Assembly (NCBI GenBank): GCA_965243205.1
Contig: CBDEUK010000002.1
Coordinates: forward strand, 993,589-1,057,588
Reading direction: 5' to 3'
From: Gammaproteobacteria bacterium
GTDB lineage: Bacteria > Pseudomonadota > Gammaproteobacteria > Eutrophobiales > Eutrophobiaceae
Length of the DNA stretch: 64,000 nucleotides
The notes under the pieces were generated by a model, which was not told where the DNA came from, searched no databases, and was given only the letters and a program-made list of their open reading frames with translations. The position numbers and the translations under genes are program-made. The number at the start of each line of letters is the position of its first letter. Within the stretch, counting starts at the first letter, position 1. Shown here one piece after another: positions 1 to 13,303 of the stretch.

Positions 1-243
1 AATGATGAAGGTGTTAAAATGACGGAAGCTTATTGCAAATTAGCTGAAGATAATAATTTAGACCCTGCTCAAATGGCATTAGCTTATGTAACATCACGAC
101 CTTTTGTTACCAGTAATATTATTGGTGCCACGACAATGGAACAACTTAAAATTAACACTGCAAGCAACTATATCAATTTAAACAAAGATATCATCAAAGA
201 AATAGAAGCTTTACACAAACAACAACCAAACCCTTGTCCTTAA
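1..243 (+). CDS. aldo-keto reductase (Tas-like), C-terminal fragment; gene begins upstream of the window
   Basis: ORF 19..243 tail ...IIGATTMEQLKINT... resembles the C-terminus of NADP-dependent AKRs. Reading frame is open to the window start. Confidence 0.55.
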   Translation, partial: NDEGVKMTEAYCKLAEDNNLDPAQMALAYVTSRPFVTSNIIGATTMEQLKINTASNYINLNKDIIKEIEALHKQQPNPCP

Positions 244-256
244 AAATTATAATTAA

Positions 257-1636
<1,380 letters not shown>

Positions 1637-1661
1637 TCATTAATATGAATTCATAAGCTTT

Positions 1662-2825
1662 ATGAAATTACTTAACGGTTTAAGTCGTAGTGAGTTCTTG
1701 CAACAACATTGGCAAAAAAAACCGTTATTGATTCAACAAGGCATTCCAAAATTTAAATGTCCAATTTCCAAGCAACAATTGTTTGAACTTGCATGCAATG
1801 AAATAGTTGAATCACGACTCATCATTGAAGATATAAAAGAAAATTCGTGGCAATGCGAATATGGCCCTTTCGAAATTGATAACTTTAAACAATTATCTAA
1901 CGATAACTGGACATTACTGGTTCAAAGTGTTGATCATTATCATAAAGAAATAGCATTGCTGTTAGATCTGTTTGATTTTATTCCTAATTGGCGAATCGAT
2001 GATATTATGATCAGCTATGCTGTGAATGGCGGTAATGTTGGTCCGCATTTGGATCAATACGATGTATTTTTGTTACAAGCCTATGGTGAGCGTCATTGGC
2101 ACATTAATGAAATAGGCTATAGCGATGACGATTTTATCGAGGATCATGAACTTAAGATCTTGTCGGAGTTTGAATCGGAACAAGACTGGATATTAAAACC
2201 TGGCGATATTTTGTATCTACCACCTGGAGTAGCTCATCATGGTATTGCTAAAGGTGAATGCATCACCATATCAATTGGTTTTCGTGCACCTAATGATCAT
2301 GAATTATTATCTGCTTTTGTTGATGACATATCGATGAACCCATCATCATTTTTTTATACCGATCCCGAATTAGAATTGCAGAATCATTCTGGCGAAATAA
2401 AAAAACACCATATTGAATATATTCATCAAATGATGTTGAGCCGTATAGTGCATGATGACGAATTTGAACAATGGTTTGGTCGCTTTATTACAGATAACAG
2501 AACGTTTGATGAAATAGATATATCTGAAATCAATTTTGAAGATTTCGATGTTCTTTATAAGCAACAAAGTAAGTTAACTCGCTACGGCAATGTACGGGTC
2601 AGTTATATTCAACAGCAGGATCACGTTGATCTTTTTATTGCTGGCCAGCATGAATCATTAAAATTAAATGAACTCGAATTAGTGCAGTTTTTATCAAAGA
2701 GCCGTGAATTGCTTTATGAAAACGTATTAGAACTTTCTAATAGTGAACAGGCTCTCAACCTTTTACATTCTTTTTATCAACAAGGTTTTTATTATTTTGA
2801 AGATGAATCTACCTTTTCAGATTAA
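1662..2825 (+). CDS. roxA: cupin/JmjC ribosomal protein L16 arginine hydroxylase (YcfD/RoxA-like)
   Basis: 387 aa. Collinear similarity to E. coli YcfD from memory (WQKKP, NWRIDDIMISY, GPHLDQYDVF, PGDILYLPPG, GFRAPN). Confidence 0.8.
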   Translation: MKLLNGLSRSEFLQQHWQKKPLLIQQGIPKFKCPISKQQLFELACNEIVESRLIIEDIKENSWQCEYGPFEIDNFKQLSNDNWTLLVQSVDHYHKEIALLLDLFDFIPNWRIDDIMISYAVNGGNVGPHLDQYDVFLLQAYGERHWHINEIGYSDDDFIEDHELKILSEFESEQDWILKPGDILYLPPGVAHHGIAKGECITISIGFRAPNDHELLSAFVDDISMNPSSFFYTDPELELQNHSGEIKKHHIEYIHQMMLSRIVHDDEFEQWFGRFITDNRTFDEIDISEINFEDFDVLYKQQSKLTRYGNVRVSYIQQQDHVDLFIAGQHESLKLNELELVQFLSKSRELLYENVLELSNSEQALNLLHSFYQQGFYYFEDESTFSD

Positions 2826-3231
2826 ACACGTTCAATGGCAACAAGCAGCTGAAGAACTAAAAAATATCCGAACTGAGGTATTCATCAAAGAACAGAATGT
2901 ACCTGAGGAACTAGAATGGGATGAGGAAGATCATATTTGTAAGCATCTATTAGTGTTGCATAATGAACAACCTATTGCGACTGCTCGTATATTGCAAACA
3001 GGTCAAATAGGTCGTATGGCCGTGTTAAAAAATTATCGTAATCAAGGTATTGGTACCGCTATGCTTAAAAACTTACTGGAACTGGCAACGGCCATGCAAC
3101 TACAGTCAGTTTTTTTAAATGCTCAAATAGAAGCAATATCTTTTTACAAAAAATTCGGATTTATAGAACAAGGTGATTTATTTAATGATGCAGGGATTAT
3201 GCATAAAAGAATGATAAAAACATTTGAATAA
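2803..3231 (+). CDS. GNAT family N-acetyltransferase
   Basis: Acetyl-CoA motif region ...RNQGIGTAMLKNLLE.... Start chosen at the internal Met (MNLPFQ); the gene overlaps the roxA 3' end. Confidence 0.7.
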   Translation: MNLPFQIKHVQWQQAAEELKNIRTEVFIKEQNVPEELEWDEEDHICKHLLVLHNEQPIATARILQTGQIGRMAVLKNYRNQGIGTAMLKNLLELATAMQLQSVFLNAQIEAISFYKKFGFIEQGDLFNDAGIMHKRMIKTFE

Positions 3232-3250
3232 TAACTGAGTAAATTTAACT

Positions 3251-3763
3251 ATGTTGAACTTAAGTAATTATGTCCTTGCAGAAACCAAACAAGCAGATGA
3301 AATAAACAATCGTGAAGAAAATGCGTCTACAGCAGAAACAATGGCGAAACAAGCTACACGTTTTATTGACATCTGTAGTCGTGAACTAGATCCTTTTATC
3401 TACGACCAAACAGGATTAGTTATAGCGGTAAAAAAGCTCGCTATCTCTAATCGACACGCCAAAATTCGCATTCTACTAGCTGAACCAGAACGCATCATTA
3501 AACGCGGTCATCGTCTGCTCGATTTAGCATTTGATCTCACAAGTTTTATCGAACTCAGAAAACTCAGTCATGAGAATAAAGACTTCAATGAGGGCATATT
3601 AATTGCAGATAGAGCAGGTTATATACATCGAAAAAATGATGCACGTTACGAAGGAAAATTTAATTTTAATGATTTGAAATTTTCCCAACAATTGCTGTCT
3701 AAATTTGATGATCTGTGGGAAACCGCTAAACCTGATCCGAATCTACGACGAGTAACTATATGA
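3251..3763 (+). CDS. hypothetical protein
   Basis: 170 aa ORF. Its stop overlaps the next gene's start (ATGA coupling). Confidence 0.5.
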   Translation: MLNLSNYVLAETKQADEINNREENASTAETMAKQATRFIDICSRELDPFIYDQTGLVIAVKKLAISNRHAKIRILLAEPERIIKRGHRLLDLAFDLTSFIELRKLSHENKDFNEGILIADRAGYIHRKNDARYEGKFNFNDLKFSQQLLSKFDDLWETAKPDPNLRRVTI

Positions 3764-4644
3764 GATCAAATTATTCGCTCACTAAATTTTTTTTATTGAG
3801 CTTGGTAATTTTCACCATTACACAACCTATTAGCGGTAAAGCTGAAACGATGATGTTTGAAATCATCCCGTTGCAGCATAGTCTGCTTGAGGATGTATTA
3901 CCTGTTGTACAACCACTAGTCGTAGAAGGTGGTACTGTCACAGGAATGAACGATCAGCTAATCATTCGTACAACTCATTCCAATATGCTCGAAATCAAGC
4001 AAGTATTGCGTTCTATTGATACCCCACCTCGTCGGTTGATGATCTCAGTTAAACAAGACGTTAGTGGCAATTTTGCACGAAATGAACATGGGATCTCTGG
4101 ACGTTATAAAAGTGGTGATGTCACAGTTGGAACAGGACGTGACCGAGGTGATGGTGCTAGTGTCGCCATCCGTGATAAAGATGGCAATGTTCTGAGATAC
4201 AGAACTTTATCAACCGAATCGGATATCGACGATCGCAACACATTTAAAGTCCAAACCATTGCAGGGCAACCGGCCTTCATACAACAAGGCAGTTCTGTTC
4301 CTATCGCTAATCAACAAACTTTTGTCACTCCAGGCGGTGTGGTTGTTCAAAATGGTGTTGAATATCGTGATGTCACCTCTGGCTTTTATATCCTACCGCG
4401 AATTAATGGTAACCGCGTAACCTTATTCATCTCACCAAAACTACAAAAGGTAAACCCTTATGACAATGGTACGTTTGATCTGCAAAATATCGAGACCACT
4501 GCCAGCGGCTATTTAGGAGAATGGATTCAAATCGGTGGCATAGACGAAGATTTCAAAGGCAAAAACTCTCGTTATTTCTCCAGCAGCCGCAGCCAAAGCC
4601 AAGAAGCTCGACAAGTCCTCATAAAAGTCGACGAAATTTTATAA
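3760..4644 (+). CDS. secreted protein with secretin N-terminal-like domain
   Basis: Signal peptide, then a segment resembling secretin N domains (IPLQHSLLEDVLPVV...QLIIRTTHSNMLEIKQVLRSIDTPPRRL). No C-terminal secretin beta-domain. Confidence 0.5.
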   Translation: MRSNYSLTKFFLLSLVIFTITQPISGKAETMMFEIIPLQHSLLEDVLPVVQPLVVEGGTVTGMNDQLIIRTTHSNMLEIKQVLRSIDTPPRRLMISVKQDVSGNFARNEHGISGRYKSGDVTVGTGRDRGDGASVAIRDKDGNVLRYRTLSTESDIDDRNTFKVQTIAGQPAFIQQGSSVPIANQQTFVTPGGVVVQNGVEYRDVTSGFYILPRINGNRVTLFISPKLQKVNPYDNGTFDLQNIETTASGYLGEWIQIGGIDEDFKGKNSRYFSSSRSQSQEARQVLIKVDEIL

Positions 4645-4730
4645 CAACTCCCTTTTCCCCGCTGCATGTGTGGGCTAATGCTGCTAAAATCCCCGCTTTA
4701 TTTTTCAGCACGTAATTTAAACAGAAATCT

Positions 4731-7700
4731 ATGCATATCATTCACGGTGCTCCAGCGGCATCTTCATTTCGCCTTACAAAATATTTACAACGTCTGCAAG
4801 AAATTGAGCCTAGTATCACGAAGCTACAAAGCCACTATATCCACTTAATCGAATCTGCACAGCCAATAAGTGAAACAGAAACATTACAATTAGAACAATT
4901 ATTGGATGTTGAGAATGCAACTAACCAACCTGTTTCATCTAATCAATTATTCGTAACACCTAGACCGGGTACGATTTCCCCTTGGTCCAGTAAAGCAACG
5001 GATATTTTGCATAATTGTGGTCTCAAGAATATCGTTCGAATTGAACGTGGTATTAACTGGAGTATTGAAACGCAATCGAATGCTCCTTTAGGCACATCAG
5101 TCATTGAAGAACTCGCTGACATCTTGCACGATCGAATGACGGAATCTGTATTTGTTGCTACTGAAGAACTTGAACAATTATTCAGTCATATCAACCCAAA
5201 ACCTTTGAACAGCGTTCCTGTATTGGAACAAGGCAAGCAAGCCTTAGCAAAAGCCAATAACGATTTAGGCCTGGCATTATCTGAAATCGAAATTGAATAC
5301 CTTCTCAAAGCTTATAACGACTTAGGACGTGATCCTACCGATGTCGAACTCATGATGTTTGCCCAAGCTAACTCTGAACATTGTCGTCATAAAATTTTTA
5401 ATTCCGCATGGACTATTGATGGAAAGAAACAAGACGCAACCTTGTTCGGCATGATTCGAGAAACGCATAAAACAAACCCTGGTCGTGTGCTATCGGCTTA
5501 TAGCGATAATGCCGCCGTGATTAATGGATACGATGCCGCCAGATTTTTTCCAAACAATGAATCTCATCAATACGATTACAGTGAAGAAACCGTAAATGTC
5601 TTGATGAAAGTAGAAACACATAATCATCCAACCGCGATATCACCATTACCGGGGGCCGCAACAGGCTCAGGTGGAGAAATTCGAGATGAAGCAGCAACTG
5701 GGCGTGGCGGTAAACCCAAGGCTGGTTTAACTGGTTTTTCTGTTTCAAACTTAAACATACCCAATTTTAAACAAGCTTGGGAAAACGATTACGGTAAACC
5801 CGATCGTATTGTCTCAGCACTGGATATTATGATCGAAGGGCCTGTTGGTGGTTCTGCGTTTAACAATGAGTTTGGTCGGCCTAATCTAACTGGCTACTTT
5901 CGTAGTTACGAACAATACGATGAATCAACGCAACGGGTACGTGGTTATCACAAACCGATCATGATTGCAGGTGGTTATGGTTCCGTTCGTCCCGACCATG
6001 TTTTAAAACATCGAATTCCTGCTGGTGCACAATTAATTGTATTAGGTGGCCCAGCAATGTTAATCGGTTTAGGTGGTGGCGCTGCGTCATCTATGGCATC
6101 TGGCAGCAGCCAAGAAGATTTAGACTTTGCCTCAGTACAACGACATAACCCAGAAATTCAACGCCGTTGCCAAGAAGTCGTCGACCGGTGTTGGGCCTTA
6201 GGTGATAAGAACCCAATCATTTCCATACATGATGTTGGCGCAGGTGGTTTATCGAATGCTCTGCCTGAACTTGTTAGCGATTGCGATCGTGGCGCTGTTT
6301 TTCAATTACGTGAAATACCAAACGATGAACCTGGTATGTCACCTATGGAGATTTGGTGTAACGAAGCTCAAGAACGTTACGTATTAGCGATAGCTAAAGA
6401 AAGTGTTGAGCAATTTGATCAACTGTGTAAACGCGAACGCGCACCATATGCAGTCTTAGGTCACGCAACAGAAGAGCAACAATTAGTGTTAAACGATGAA
6501 TTGTTTAACAACAAACCGATCGATATGCCTTTATCGGTTTTACTTGGCAAATTGCCACAGATGCAACGTTCGACAGAACATGTTGAAAGCAAATCGAGTG
6601 CGATTCAAACTGATAAAATTGAAATAAACGATGCAATAGAACGCTTACTGCAATTACCGACGATTGCGGACAAACGTTTTTTAATCACGATTGGTGACCG
6701 CAGTGTTTCTGGTTTGGTCTGTCGAGATCAAATGGTTGGACCATGGCAAATACCTGTGGCTGATTGCGCTGTAACGGCCAGTGGTTATGGTTATTACGTC
6801 GGTGAAGCGATGGCAATGGGTGAACGCACACCGCTTGCCTTAATTGATTCCGCAGCTTCTGCACGCATGGCACTAGCAGAATCCATTACTAACATTGCTG
6901 CAGCACGTATCATGCAAATCAATGATATTTCTTTATCGGCGAATTGGATGGCTGCCTGTGGCCAATTAGATGAGGATGCAAAACTGTATGACGCCGTTGA
7001 AGCAATCAGTACTTTATGCCAGCAATTAGGAATTTGTATCCCCGTTGGTAAAGATTCGTTATCCATGAATACTGTGTGGCAAGAGCGTGAACAAACAAAA
7101 CAAGTTACCTCGCCTCTGTCATTAATTGTTACTGCGTTTGCACCAGTAGTCGATATTCGACAAAGCTTAACGCCTCTACTTTCTCAAGAAGAAGACAATA
7201 CTGTCCTGTTATTGATTGACTTAGCGCAAGGTAAACAGCGCTTAGGCGGTTCTTGTTTAGCACAAGTGTTTGAGCAAATTGGTGATGAATCACCTGATCT
7301 AGAAAATCCTAATGCCTTAATTGATTTCTTTCAAACTATTCAAATATTGAATGAGATGGGTTTATTGTTAGCTTATCATGATCGTTCTGATGGTGGCCTA
7401 TATACGACATTAGCTGAAATGTGTTTAGCCTCACGACAAGGCTTGGATATCGATATCAGTTTATTAGGTAATGATGCTTTATCTATTTTATTCAATGAAG
7501 AACTTGGTGCTGTCATACAAATACGAGAAGAATCTCTTAATGTTGTATTAGATACATTTAATCAATCACAAAATCTATCTGGTCATGTACATGTACTTGG
7601 TAAACCTACCAACAATAAACAACTAATCATTCATCACAATAAACAAGAATTAAGTAATCATTCACTAGAAACATTACAAAAACATTGGTCCGCTACGAGT

Positions 7701-8600
7701 TATCACATTCAATCCCTTCGTGATAATCCTGAATGTGCACAACAAGAATATGATGCTGTGTGTAATATGGACGATACTGGTCTGTTTGTTAATAAGTCGT
7801 TTGACAATGGTTTTTTGCAAGCTGATACACGAAGCTTTAAACCCAAAGTTGCTATCCTGCGTGAGCAGGGTGTGAACGGGCAAACTGAGATGGCCGCAGC
7901 ATTTGAACGTGCAGGATTTGAAGCTTATGACGTTCACATGACTGACATTATGCAAGGAAACATTTCTCTTAAACCGTTCTCTGGTTTAGTGGCATGTGGA
8001 GGTTTTTCATATGGTGATGTATTAGGTGCTGGGGGTGGCTGGGCTAAGTCGATCTTATTTGATAACCGAGCTCGCGATGAATTTTCTGCATTCTTTGCAA
8101 GTGAAGATACCTTTGCCCTTGGTGTATGCAATGGCTGCCAAATGCTTTCACAATTAAAGGAAATCATCCCAGGCACTGCATCATGGCCACGCTTTGTTCG
8201 TAACCAATCCGAACAATTTGAAGCACGTCTTATAATGGTAGAGATAACAGAATCACCATCCATATTATTTAATGGCATGGAGCAATCTCAGTTACCGATT
8301 GTTGTCGCCCATGGTGAAGGACGTGTACAAAACTTTGACTCTAGTGTGCCAAGCAATTTAGCAATGCGTTATATCAATCATCATGGAGAAGCCACTGAAT
8401 CATACCCGGCAAACCCAAATGGTTCTGAACATGGCATGGCTGGATTTACTTCAGATGATGGTCGGTTCAGTATCATGATGCCGCACCCTGAACGTGTATT
8501 TTTAAGTTCACAATTTTCATGGTTACCGAAATCCTGGCAGGGTTCTGAAGGCCCTTGGATGGCGATGTTTCATAACGCTCGAAAGTGGCTTAAGTCATAA
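4731..8600 (+). CDS. purL: phosphoribosylformylglycinamidine synthase
   Basis: 1289 aa single-chain large PurL. The N-terminus aligns with E. coli PurL ([32 protein letters not shown]). C-terminal glutaminase domain present. Confidence 0.97.
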   Translation: MHIIHGAPAASSFRLTKYLQRLQEIEPSITKLQSHYIHLIESAQPISETETLQLEQLLDVENATNQPVSSNQLFVTPRPGTISPWSSKATDILHNCGLKNIVRIERGINWSIETQSNAPLGTSVIEELADILHDRMTESVFVATEELEQLFSHINPKPLNSVPVLEQGKQALAKANNDLGLALSEIEIEYLLKAYNDLGRDPTDVELMMFAQANSEHCRHKIFNSAWTIDGKKQDATLFGMIRETHKTNPGRVLSAYSDNAAVINGYDAARFFPNNESHQYDYSEETVNVLMKVETHNHPTAISPLPGAATGSGGEIRDEAATGRGGKPKAGLTGFSVSNLNIPNFKQAWENDYGKPDRIVSALDIMIEGPVGGSAFNNEFGRPNLTGYFRSYEQYDESTQRVRGYHKPIMIAGGYGSVRPDHVLKHRIPAGAQLIVLGGPAMLIGLGGGAASSMASGSSQEDLDFASVQRHNPEIQRRCQEVVDRCWALGDKNPIISIHDVGAGGLSNALPELVSDCDRGAVFQLREIPNDEPGMSPMEIWCNEAQERYVLAIAKESVEQFDQLCKRERAPYAVLGHATEEQQLVLNDELFNNKPIDMPLSVLLGKLPQMQRSTEHVESKSSAIQTDKIEINDAIERLLQLPTIADKRFLITIGDRSVSGLVCRDQMVGPWQIPVADCAVTASGYGYYVGEAMAMGERTPLALIDSAASARMALAESITNIAAARIMQINDISLSANWMAACGQLDEDAKLYDAVEAISTLCQQLGICIPVGKDSLSMNTVWQEREQTKQVTSPLSLIVTAFAPVVDIRQSLTPLLSQEEDNTVLLLIDLAQGKQRLGGSCLAQVFEQIGDESPDLENPNALIDFFQTIQILNEMGLLLAYHDRSDGGLYTTLAEMCLASRQGLDIDISLLGNDALSILFNEELGAVIQIREESLNVVLDTFNQSQNLSGHVHVLGKPTNNKQLIIHHNKQELSNHSLETLQKHWSATSYHIQSLRDNPECAQQEYDAVCNMDDTGLFVNKSFDNGFLQADTRSFKPKVAILREQGVNGQTEMAAAFERAGFEAYDVHMTDIMQGNISLKPFSGLVACGGFSYGDVLGAGGGWAKSILFDNRARDEFSAFFASEDTFALGVCNGCQMLSQLKEIIPGTASWPRFVRNQSEQFEARLIMVEITESPSILFNGMEQSQLPIVVAHGEGRVQNFDSSVPSNLAMRYINHHGEATESYPANPNGSEHGMAGFTSDDGRFSIMMPHPERVFLSSQFSWLPKSWQGSEGPWMAMFHNARKWLKS

Positions 8601-8781
8601 CGCCTACCTGATAGAAATTAACCCAGATAGGTTAATTTTCCCCATCGATAGACTTAATAGAACCTTTGCTTTGGTTGCGTTCTAAACTCGTGTATAAATT
8701 GTTTTAAATAATATAAAAAATTATTTAAAAACAGACTTTTAACTCAATATGGTTTTATAATAAGCAACCTAAATAGCAACG

Positions 8782-9345
8782 ATGGCAAAAGACGATAAAC
8801 CTCAATCAACAAATCAAAATATCTCGGAAGACGATCGTCGTCTATTTCGTGAGTCCATCGGTGAAGTCAATAAAATTGAATTGAATAAGTTTGAGCATGA
8901 GGTTAAAAAACCTAAACCGATTCCTCAACAATCAAAACACAATGATGCACAGGTGTTAGAGCAACTAGCAGAAGCACCATTTGAAATTGAAGAAGTAGAA
9001 ACTGGCGATGAATTAAGTTTTGTACGCCCGGGTATTCAAAAAAACACGCTTAGAAAATTACGTCGCGGTTATTTTGTTGTAGAACAGGAACTGGATTTGC
9101 ATGGCTTAATTGTGGCGGAGGCCAAGCCCGTTTTGAATCAGTTTTTATCAAGGGCTTTAGATTCAGGAAAACGTTGTCTGAGAATCATTCACGGTAAAGG
9201 GCATGGTTCAAAAAATAAGACGCCTGTTCTAAAAAACAAACTAAATCGTTGGTTACAACAAGATGACCGAGTATTAGCATTTTGCTCGGCAAGAAATAAT
9301 GATGGCGGTACTGGCGCAGTCTATGTATTAGTCAAAAAACTATAA
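8782..9345 (+). CDS. smrB: Smr-domain endonuclease (SmrB-like)
   Basis: 187 aa with a C-terminal Smr domain (LDLHGL...LRIIHGKGHGS...). Length matches E. coli SmrB. Confidence 0.75.
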   Translation: MAKDDKPQSTNQNISEDDRRLFRESIGEVNKIELNKFEHEVKKPKPIPQQSKHNDAQVLEQLAEAPFEIEEVETGDELSFVRPGIQKNTLRKLRRGYFVVEQELDLHGLIVAEAKPVLNQFLSRALDSGKRCLRIIHGKGHGSKNKTPVLKNKLNRWLQQDDRVLAFCSARNNDGGTGAVYVLVKKL

Positions 9346-9442
9346 CTTTTAAGTTTCTGTAATATAAAAACTGTAAATCTTGACTAAACTTTATATACAG
9401 ATGATTAGTCGTCTTGGTTGTACCCATACATAAAGCGGGGAC

Positions 9443-10534
9443 ATGAGTATGTTGGAAGCGAGTAATGGAAATGATTCTTATAGCTACACAGCTATGATCA
9501 TTGACGACCAATCGACTAGCCGCATTATTCTCGAAACCATTTTAAAAAATATTGAAGAAAATATACGAGTTGTTTCTTTCGATAGTTGCCTTAGCGCATT
9601 GCAAGTCATCGAGACTAACCCACCCGACATTATCTTAGCCGACTATAATCTACCCGTTCTAAATGGAATAGAATTTACTCGGCGTGTTCGTTCACTACCA
9701 CAATGTTGTGATATCCCCATTGTGATTGTCACTATATTTGATGATAAATCCGTCTTGTATGAAGCTCTCAGTGCTGGGGCAAGTGAGTTTTTAACCAAAC
9801 CAGTTGACCAACATGAATGTACTGTTCGTTGTAAAAACTTACTGACAATGCGTCAACAACAATTATTACTCAAAGAAAAGGCTGAAAATCTACAACAAGA
9901 AGTTGAAAAAGCTGTAGCTGAAATTCAAATTCGAGAAAAAGAGACTTTATATAGACTTGCACTTGCAGGGGAATACCGGGATGTTGCGACTGGTTCTAAC
10001 CTGATACGAGTAGGTAAAATTGCCCGAAAAATTGCTGAGCTGGTTCCTCTGCCTAAACAGCAATGTAAAATTATTGAAATGGCAGCTCCAATGCATGATA
10101 TTGGTAAAATAGGAATTCCAGATCGAGTATTGCTAAAAGAAGGGCCACTTGATCAAGAAGAACTGAATATCATGCTTAAGCATACGGAATTTGGCTACGA
10201 AATTTTAAAAGATAGTCCTTCACCATTTCTTAAGATGGGAGCAGAAATTGCGTTAAATCATCATGAAAAATTTGATGGAACAGGCTATCCAAACCAGAAA
10301 CGAGGTGAAGAAATTCCTCTTGTGGCTAGAATCGCTACCATTGCCGATGTCTTTGATGCACTTACTTCAAAACGTCCTTACAAACCAGCTTGGTCAATGC
10401 AAGATACATTGGCTTATATGGAAAAACAAAAAGGTATACATTTCGATCCAACTTTGATCAATTTAATGATAGACAATATTGATGAAATCCTAAATGAGAC
10501 TGACTCCACAGCTGAGAGTAAAATCCTAAATTGA
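9443..10534 (+). CDS. response regulator with REC + HD-GYP phosphodiesterase domains (RpfG-like)
   Basis: N-terminal receiver (…ILADYNLP…), then HD (MHDIGKIGIP) and GYP (FDGTGYPNQ) motifs. Confidence 0.85.
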   Translation: MSMLEASNGNDSYSYTAMIIDDQSTSRIILETILKNIEENIRVVSFDSCLSALQVIETNPPDIILADYNLPVLNGIEFTRRVRSLPQCCDIPIVIVTIFDDKSVLYEALSAGASEFLTKPVDQHECTVRCKNLLTMRQQQLLLKEKAENLQQEVEKAVAEIQIREKETLYRLALAGEYRDVATGSNLIRVGKIARKIAELVPLPKQQCKIIEMAAPMHDIGKIGIPDRVLLKEGPLDQEELNIMLKHTEFGYEILKDSPSPFLKMGAEIALNHHEKFDGTGYPNQKRGEEIPLVARIATIADVFDALTSKRPYKPAWSMQDTLAYMEKQKGIHFDPTLINLMIDNIDEILNETDSTAESKILN

Positions 10535-10672
10535 AACTATACTCTTCCTCAAAATATATTATAATTCTCTGCAAGAAATCATTTTAACTTCATAATTATT
10601 ATAGAATTTATTTCTAAGTAACTCTTCTATAAGGAAAGTGGCGATATAACTGGAAATTGAGTACGCTAAATC

Positions 10673-13225
10673 ATGCTAAATAATATTCTTAAAACACTAC
10701 AAAATCGTGAAGATTCTGAACACGAACAATGTTTGATCAGAATCATGATGGGTGTTATTTGGCTAGTTTACATATCCTATGTAAGCATGGGCGCTACTGA
10801 AAAAGATTATTCATCAGGCATCACTGCCTCAATTCTATTTATACTTGCTGGAAGCCTAAATTTTACCTGGATAGTTCTTTATCCGCAGATTCATCGTTTC
10901 CGACGTGTCGCAGGTATGACGATCGACACATTCTTCATGACCTATGCAATGTGGTACTTTGGTGAATCTGGGGCACCTTTATTTGGAGTCTATTTATTCG
11001 TAACGTTTGGTCATGGATTTCGTTACGGCAATCAATACTTATTCTTAAGTGCATGTGCTAGCTTTATAAGCTTTAGCATCGTTATGGCTACCAGTGATTT
11101 TTGGCAATCTCAACAAACCATAGGCTATGGAATATTAGTCGCACTAATAGTGCTGTCTGCTTATGTATCTGTATTAATTTCAAGATTACAAAAGGCTGTT
11201 ACAGCTGCTGAAGAGGCAAATAATGCCAAATCCCAATTTCTGGCCAATATGAGCCATGAAATTCGTACGCCATTAAACGGCGTCATTGGTATGAGTGATT
11301 TATTAAATCGCACGTCTTTAAATGTAGAACAAAAAGACTTTGCCTCAACCATCAACGCCTCAGCAAAAACATTGCTCATGTTGATAAATGATATTTTAGA
11401 TATTTCTAAAATTGAGGCCGGCAAAATTGAAATTGAAATCGTCGAATTCGATATCTATAACCTTATCAATGCAACTCGAGCTATGCTGGCTCCAGATGCT
11501 GAGAATAAAGGCTTACAATGCAATACCTACATTTCGCCTGACGTACCCATATTATTAAAAGGCGATGCATTACATATTCGCCAAGTTCTCATTAACTTTA
11601 TAACCAATGCTATTAAATTTACTAAGGATGGCAAAATAGAGATCAATGTTAATAGTCAGCATATTATTCATAACAAACACCGTATCCGATTTGAAGTAAC
11701 AGATACTGGTATTGGAATACCACAAGACGCTGTGGAAAAAATATTTGATAAATTTACTCAAGCCGACGAATCAACAACAAGAGAATATGGTGGAACAGGC
11801 TTAGGCATGGCCATATCAAAGCAATTGGTTGAAGCCATGGGAGGGAATATAGGGGTTAGCAGTGAAGTTGGCGAGGGAAGTACGTTTTGGTTTGAAATCG
11901 AAGCCGATGAAAATATGGTTTCTGCTGAGCAAATTACTTCACCAATTCATATCAGTGAGAACCATGTACTACTTGTTAGCAACACAAAAGAAACAAACGG
12001 CATTCAGCAACATTTAGAAACTTGGCATATCAGTGTTGAAACTGCAAACAATAGCCATCAATCCCTTTATAAGTTATTAAACGGAAAGAATAGCGGCTTT
12101 CCGTTTCATATTATTCTAGTGAATGAAGAAGGACTTGATGTATCCGCTAAAGATTTTATCCGAAAAGTAACTGCTGAATTTTCTGAACAAATACATTTCA
12201 TTCTACTGAGTGATAAACAATATTCACAAGATGATATAAAACGTATTTATGAAATGGGTTACAAATATGTGCTCAGTAAATATGTTGATCGAACAACATT
12301 ATTTAGAACCTTACATGCGTTAATGGCGGGGACTCTATCTAACGAAGATATTACCCAACTAAAAGTTGTCGAAAACCTCGATAAAGAAACCCGTCAAGAA
12401 TCTCGTCCACTTAAAATTTTAATTGGTGAAGATAACCCTACAAACCAAAAAGTCATTCAAAAAATATTAGAACAAGATTCACACTCAACACATATCGTTG
12501 AAAATGGAGAATTAGTCTTAGATGCTTTAGAAGAGCAAGATTATGATCTAATTATATTAGATATGAATATGCCTGTGATGAGTGGTATCGAAGCAGCAAA
12601 AATTTATCGTTTTACTTTTCCAGATAAAAAACACATACCAATACTTGTGTTATCAGCAAACGCTACGAGTGAAGCTGCTAAAGAGTGTGAAGAGGCTCAA
12701 ATCGATTGCTACTTGACTAAGCCAATACAACCTCAAAAGCTTCTTGATACGATTAGCTCTCTTGCTAATAAAGATAGCGAATTAAATAATGACGATGACA
12801 TCAATACTAAAACGAATATTCAAAGTGTTTTTGATGATAACTCTCCATTGATTGAATATAGTGTTTTAAAAGAAATTAATAACTTATCGGATGATAAAGA
12901 TTTTATTAATGAACTAGCCAATGGTTATCTAATCGATACTCGTATCTCATTAGATGAAATGCAAAATGCCCTTACAGAAAAAGACTATGAACTAATAGGA
13001 AACTTAAGTCATAGTATTGATGGTAGTTCGAGAAGCATTGGTGCAAAAAAAATGTCTTCGCTAACAAAACACATTTCAGAGTGTATACAGAATTTTAATT
13101 ACCAAAATATAACCAAACAGGTTTTGTATTTAGGATCTGTATTTGATGATACTGAACAAGAATTAAAATCTTATTTAGATAATGGAAATTTGACTAAAGA
13201 TGATAAAAAGATTCCTGGTTCTTGA
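10673..13225 (+). CDS. hybrid sensor histidine kinase (membrane input + HisKA + HATPase + REC + HPt; RpfC-like)
   Basis: About 5 N-terminal TM helices, H-box ([12 protein letters not shown]), ATPase G-boxes (DTGIGI, GGTGLGM), receiver (ILIGEDNP...ILDMNMP) and a C-terminal HPt-like region (HSIDGSS). Confidence 0.85.
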   Translation: MLNNILKTLQNREDSEHEQCLIRIMMGVIWLVYISYVSMGATEKDYSSGITASILFILAGSLNFTWIVLYPQIHRFRRVAGMTIDTFFMTYAMWYFGESGAPLFGVYLFVTFGHGFRYGNQYLFLSACASFISFSIVMATSDFWQSQQTIGYGILVALIVLSAYVSVLISRLQKAVTAAEEANNAKSQFLANMSHEIRTPLNGVIGMSDLLNRTSLNVEQKDFASTINASAKTLLMLINDILDISKIEAGKIEIEIVEFDIYNLINATRAMLAPDAENKGLQCNTYISPDVPILLKGDALHIRQVLINFITNAIKFTKDGKIEINVNSQHIIHNKHRIRFEVTDTGIGIPQDAVEKIFDKFTQADESTTREYGGTGLGMAISKQLVEAMGGNIGVSSEVGEGSTFWFEIEADENMVSAEQITSPIHISENHVLLVSNTKETNGIQQHLETWHISVETANNSHQSLYKLLNGKNSGFPFHIILVNEEGLDVSAKDFIRKVTAEFSEQIHFILLSDKQYSQDDIKRIYEMGYKYVLSKYVDRTTLFRTLHALMAGTLSNEDITQLKVVENLDKETRQESRPLKILIGEDNPTNQKVIQKILEQDSHSTHIVENGELVLDALEEQDYDLIILDMNMPVMSGIEAAKIYRFTFPDKKHIPILVLSANATSEAAKECEEAQIDCYLTKPIQPQKLLDTISSLANKDSELNNDDDINTKTNIQSVFDDNSPLIEYSVLKEINNLSDDKDFINELANGYLIDTRISLDEMQNALTEKDYELIGNLSHSIDGSSRSIGAKKMSSLTKHISECIQNFNYQNITKQVLYLGSVFDDTEQELKSYLDNGNLTKDDKKIPGS

Positions 13226-13248
13226 TAAATCAAGAACCAGTTTTAATG
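13214..13248 (+). terminator. rho-independent terminator for the kinase gene
   Basis: Perfect 11-bp stem (CTGGTTCTTGA/TCAAGAACCAG) with TAAA loop, followed by TTTTAATGTTT. Confidence 0.6.
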
Positions 13249-13303
13249 TTTACAACACTGTTGAGGATGTAAAAAACTATTTAATTATTTATTTAGGATT
13301 TAA

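Noticed and set aside
4521-4848. Two short + ORFs upstream of and overlapping the purL start
   Set aside because: No RBS or domain. They overlap the purL 5' end, so the space is most likely purL leader/promoter.
5521-8278. Several minus-strand ORFs (75-114 aa) inside purL
   Set aside because: They are embedded antisense in a well-conserved purL frame. They are spurious.
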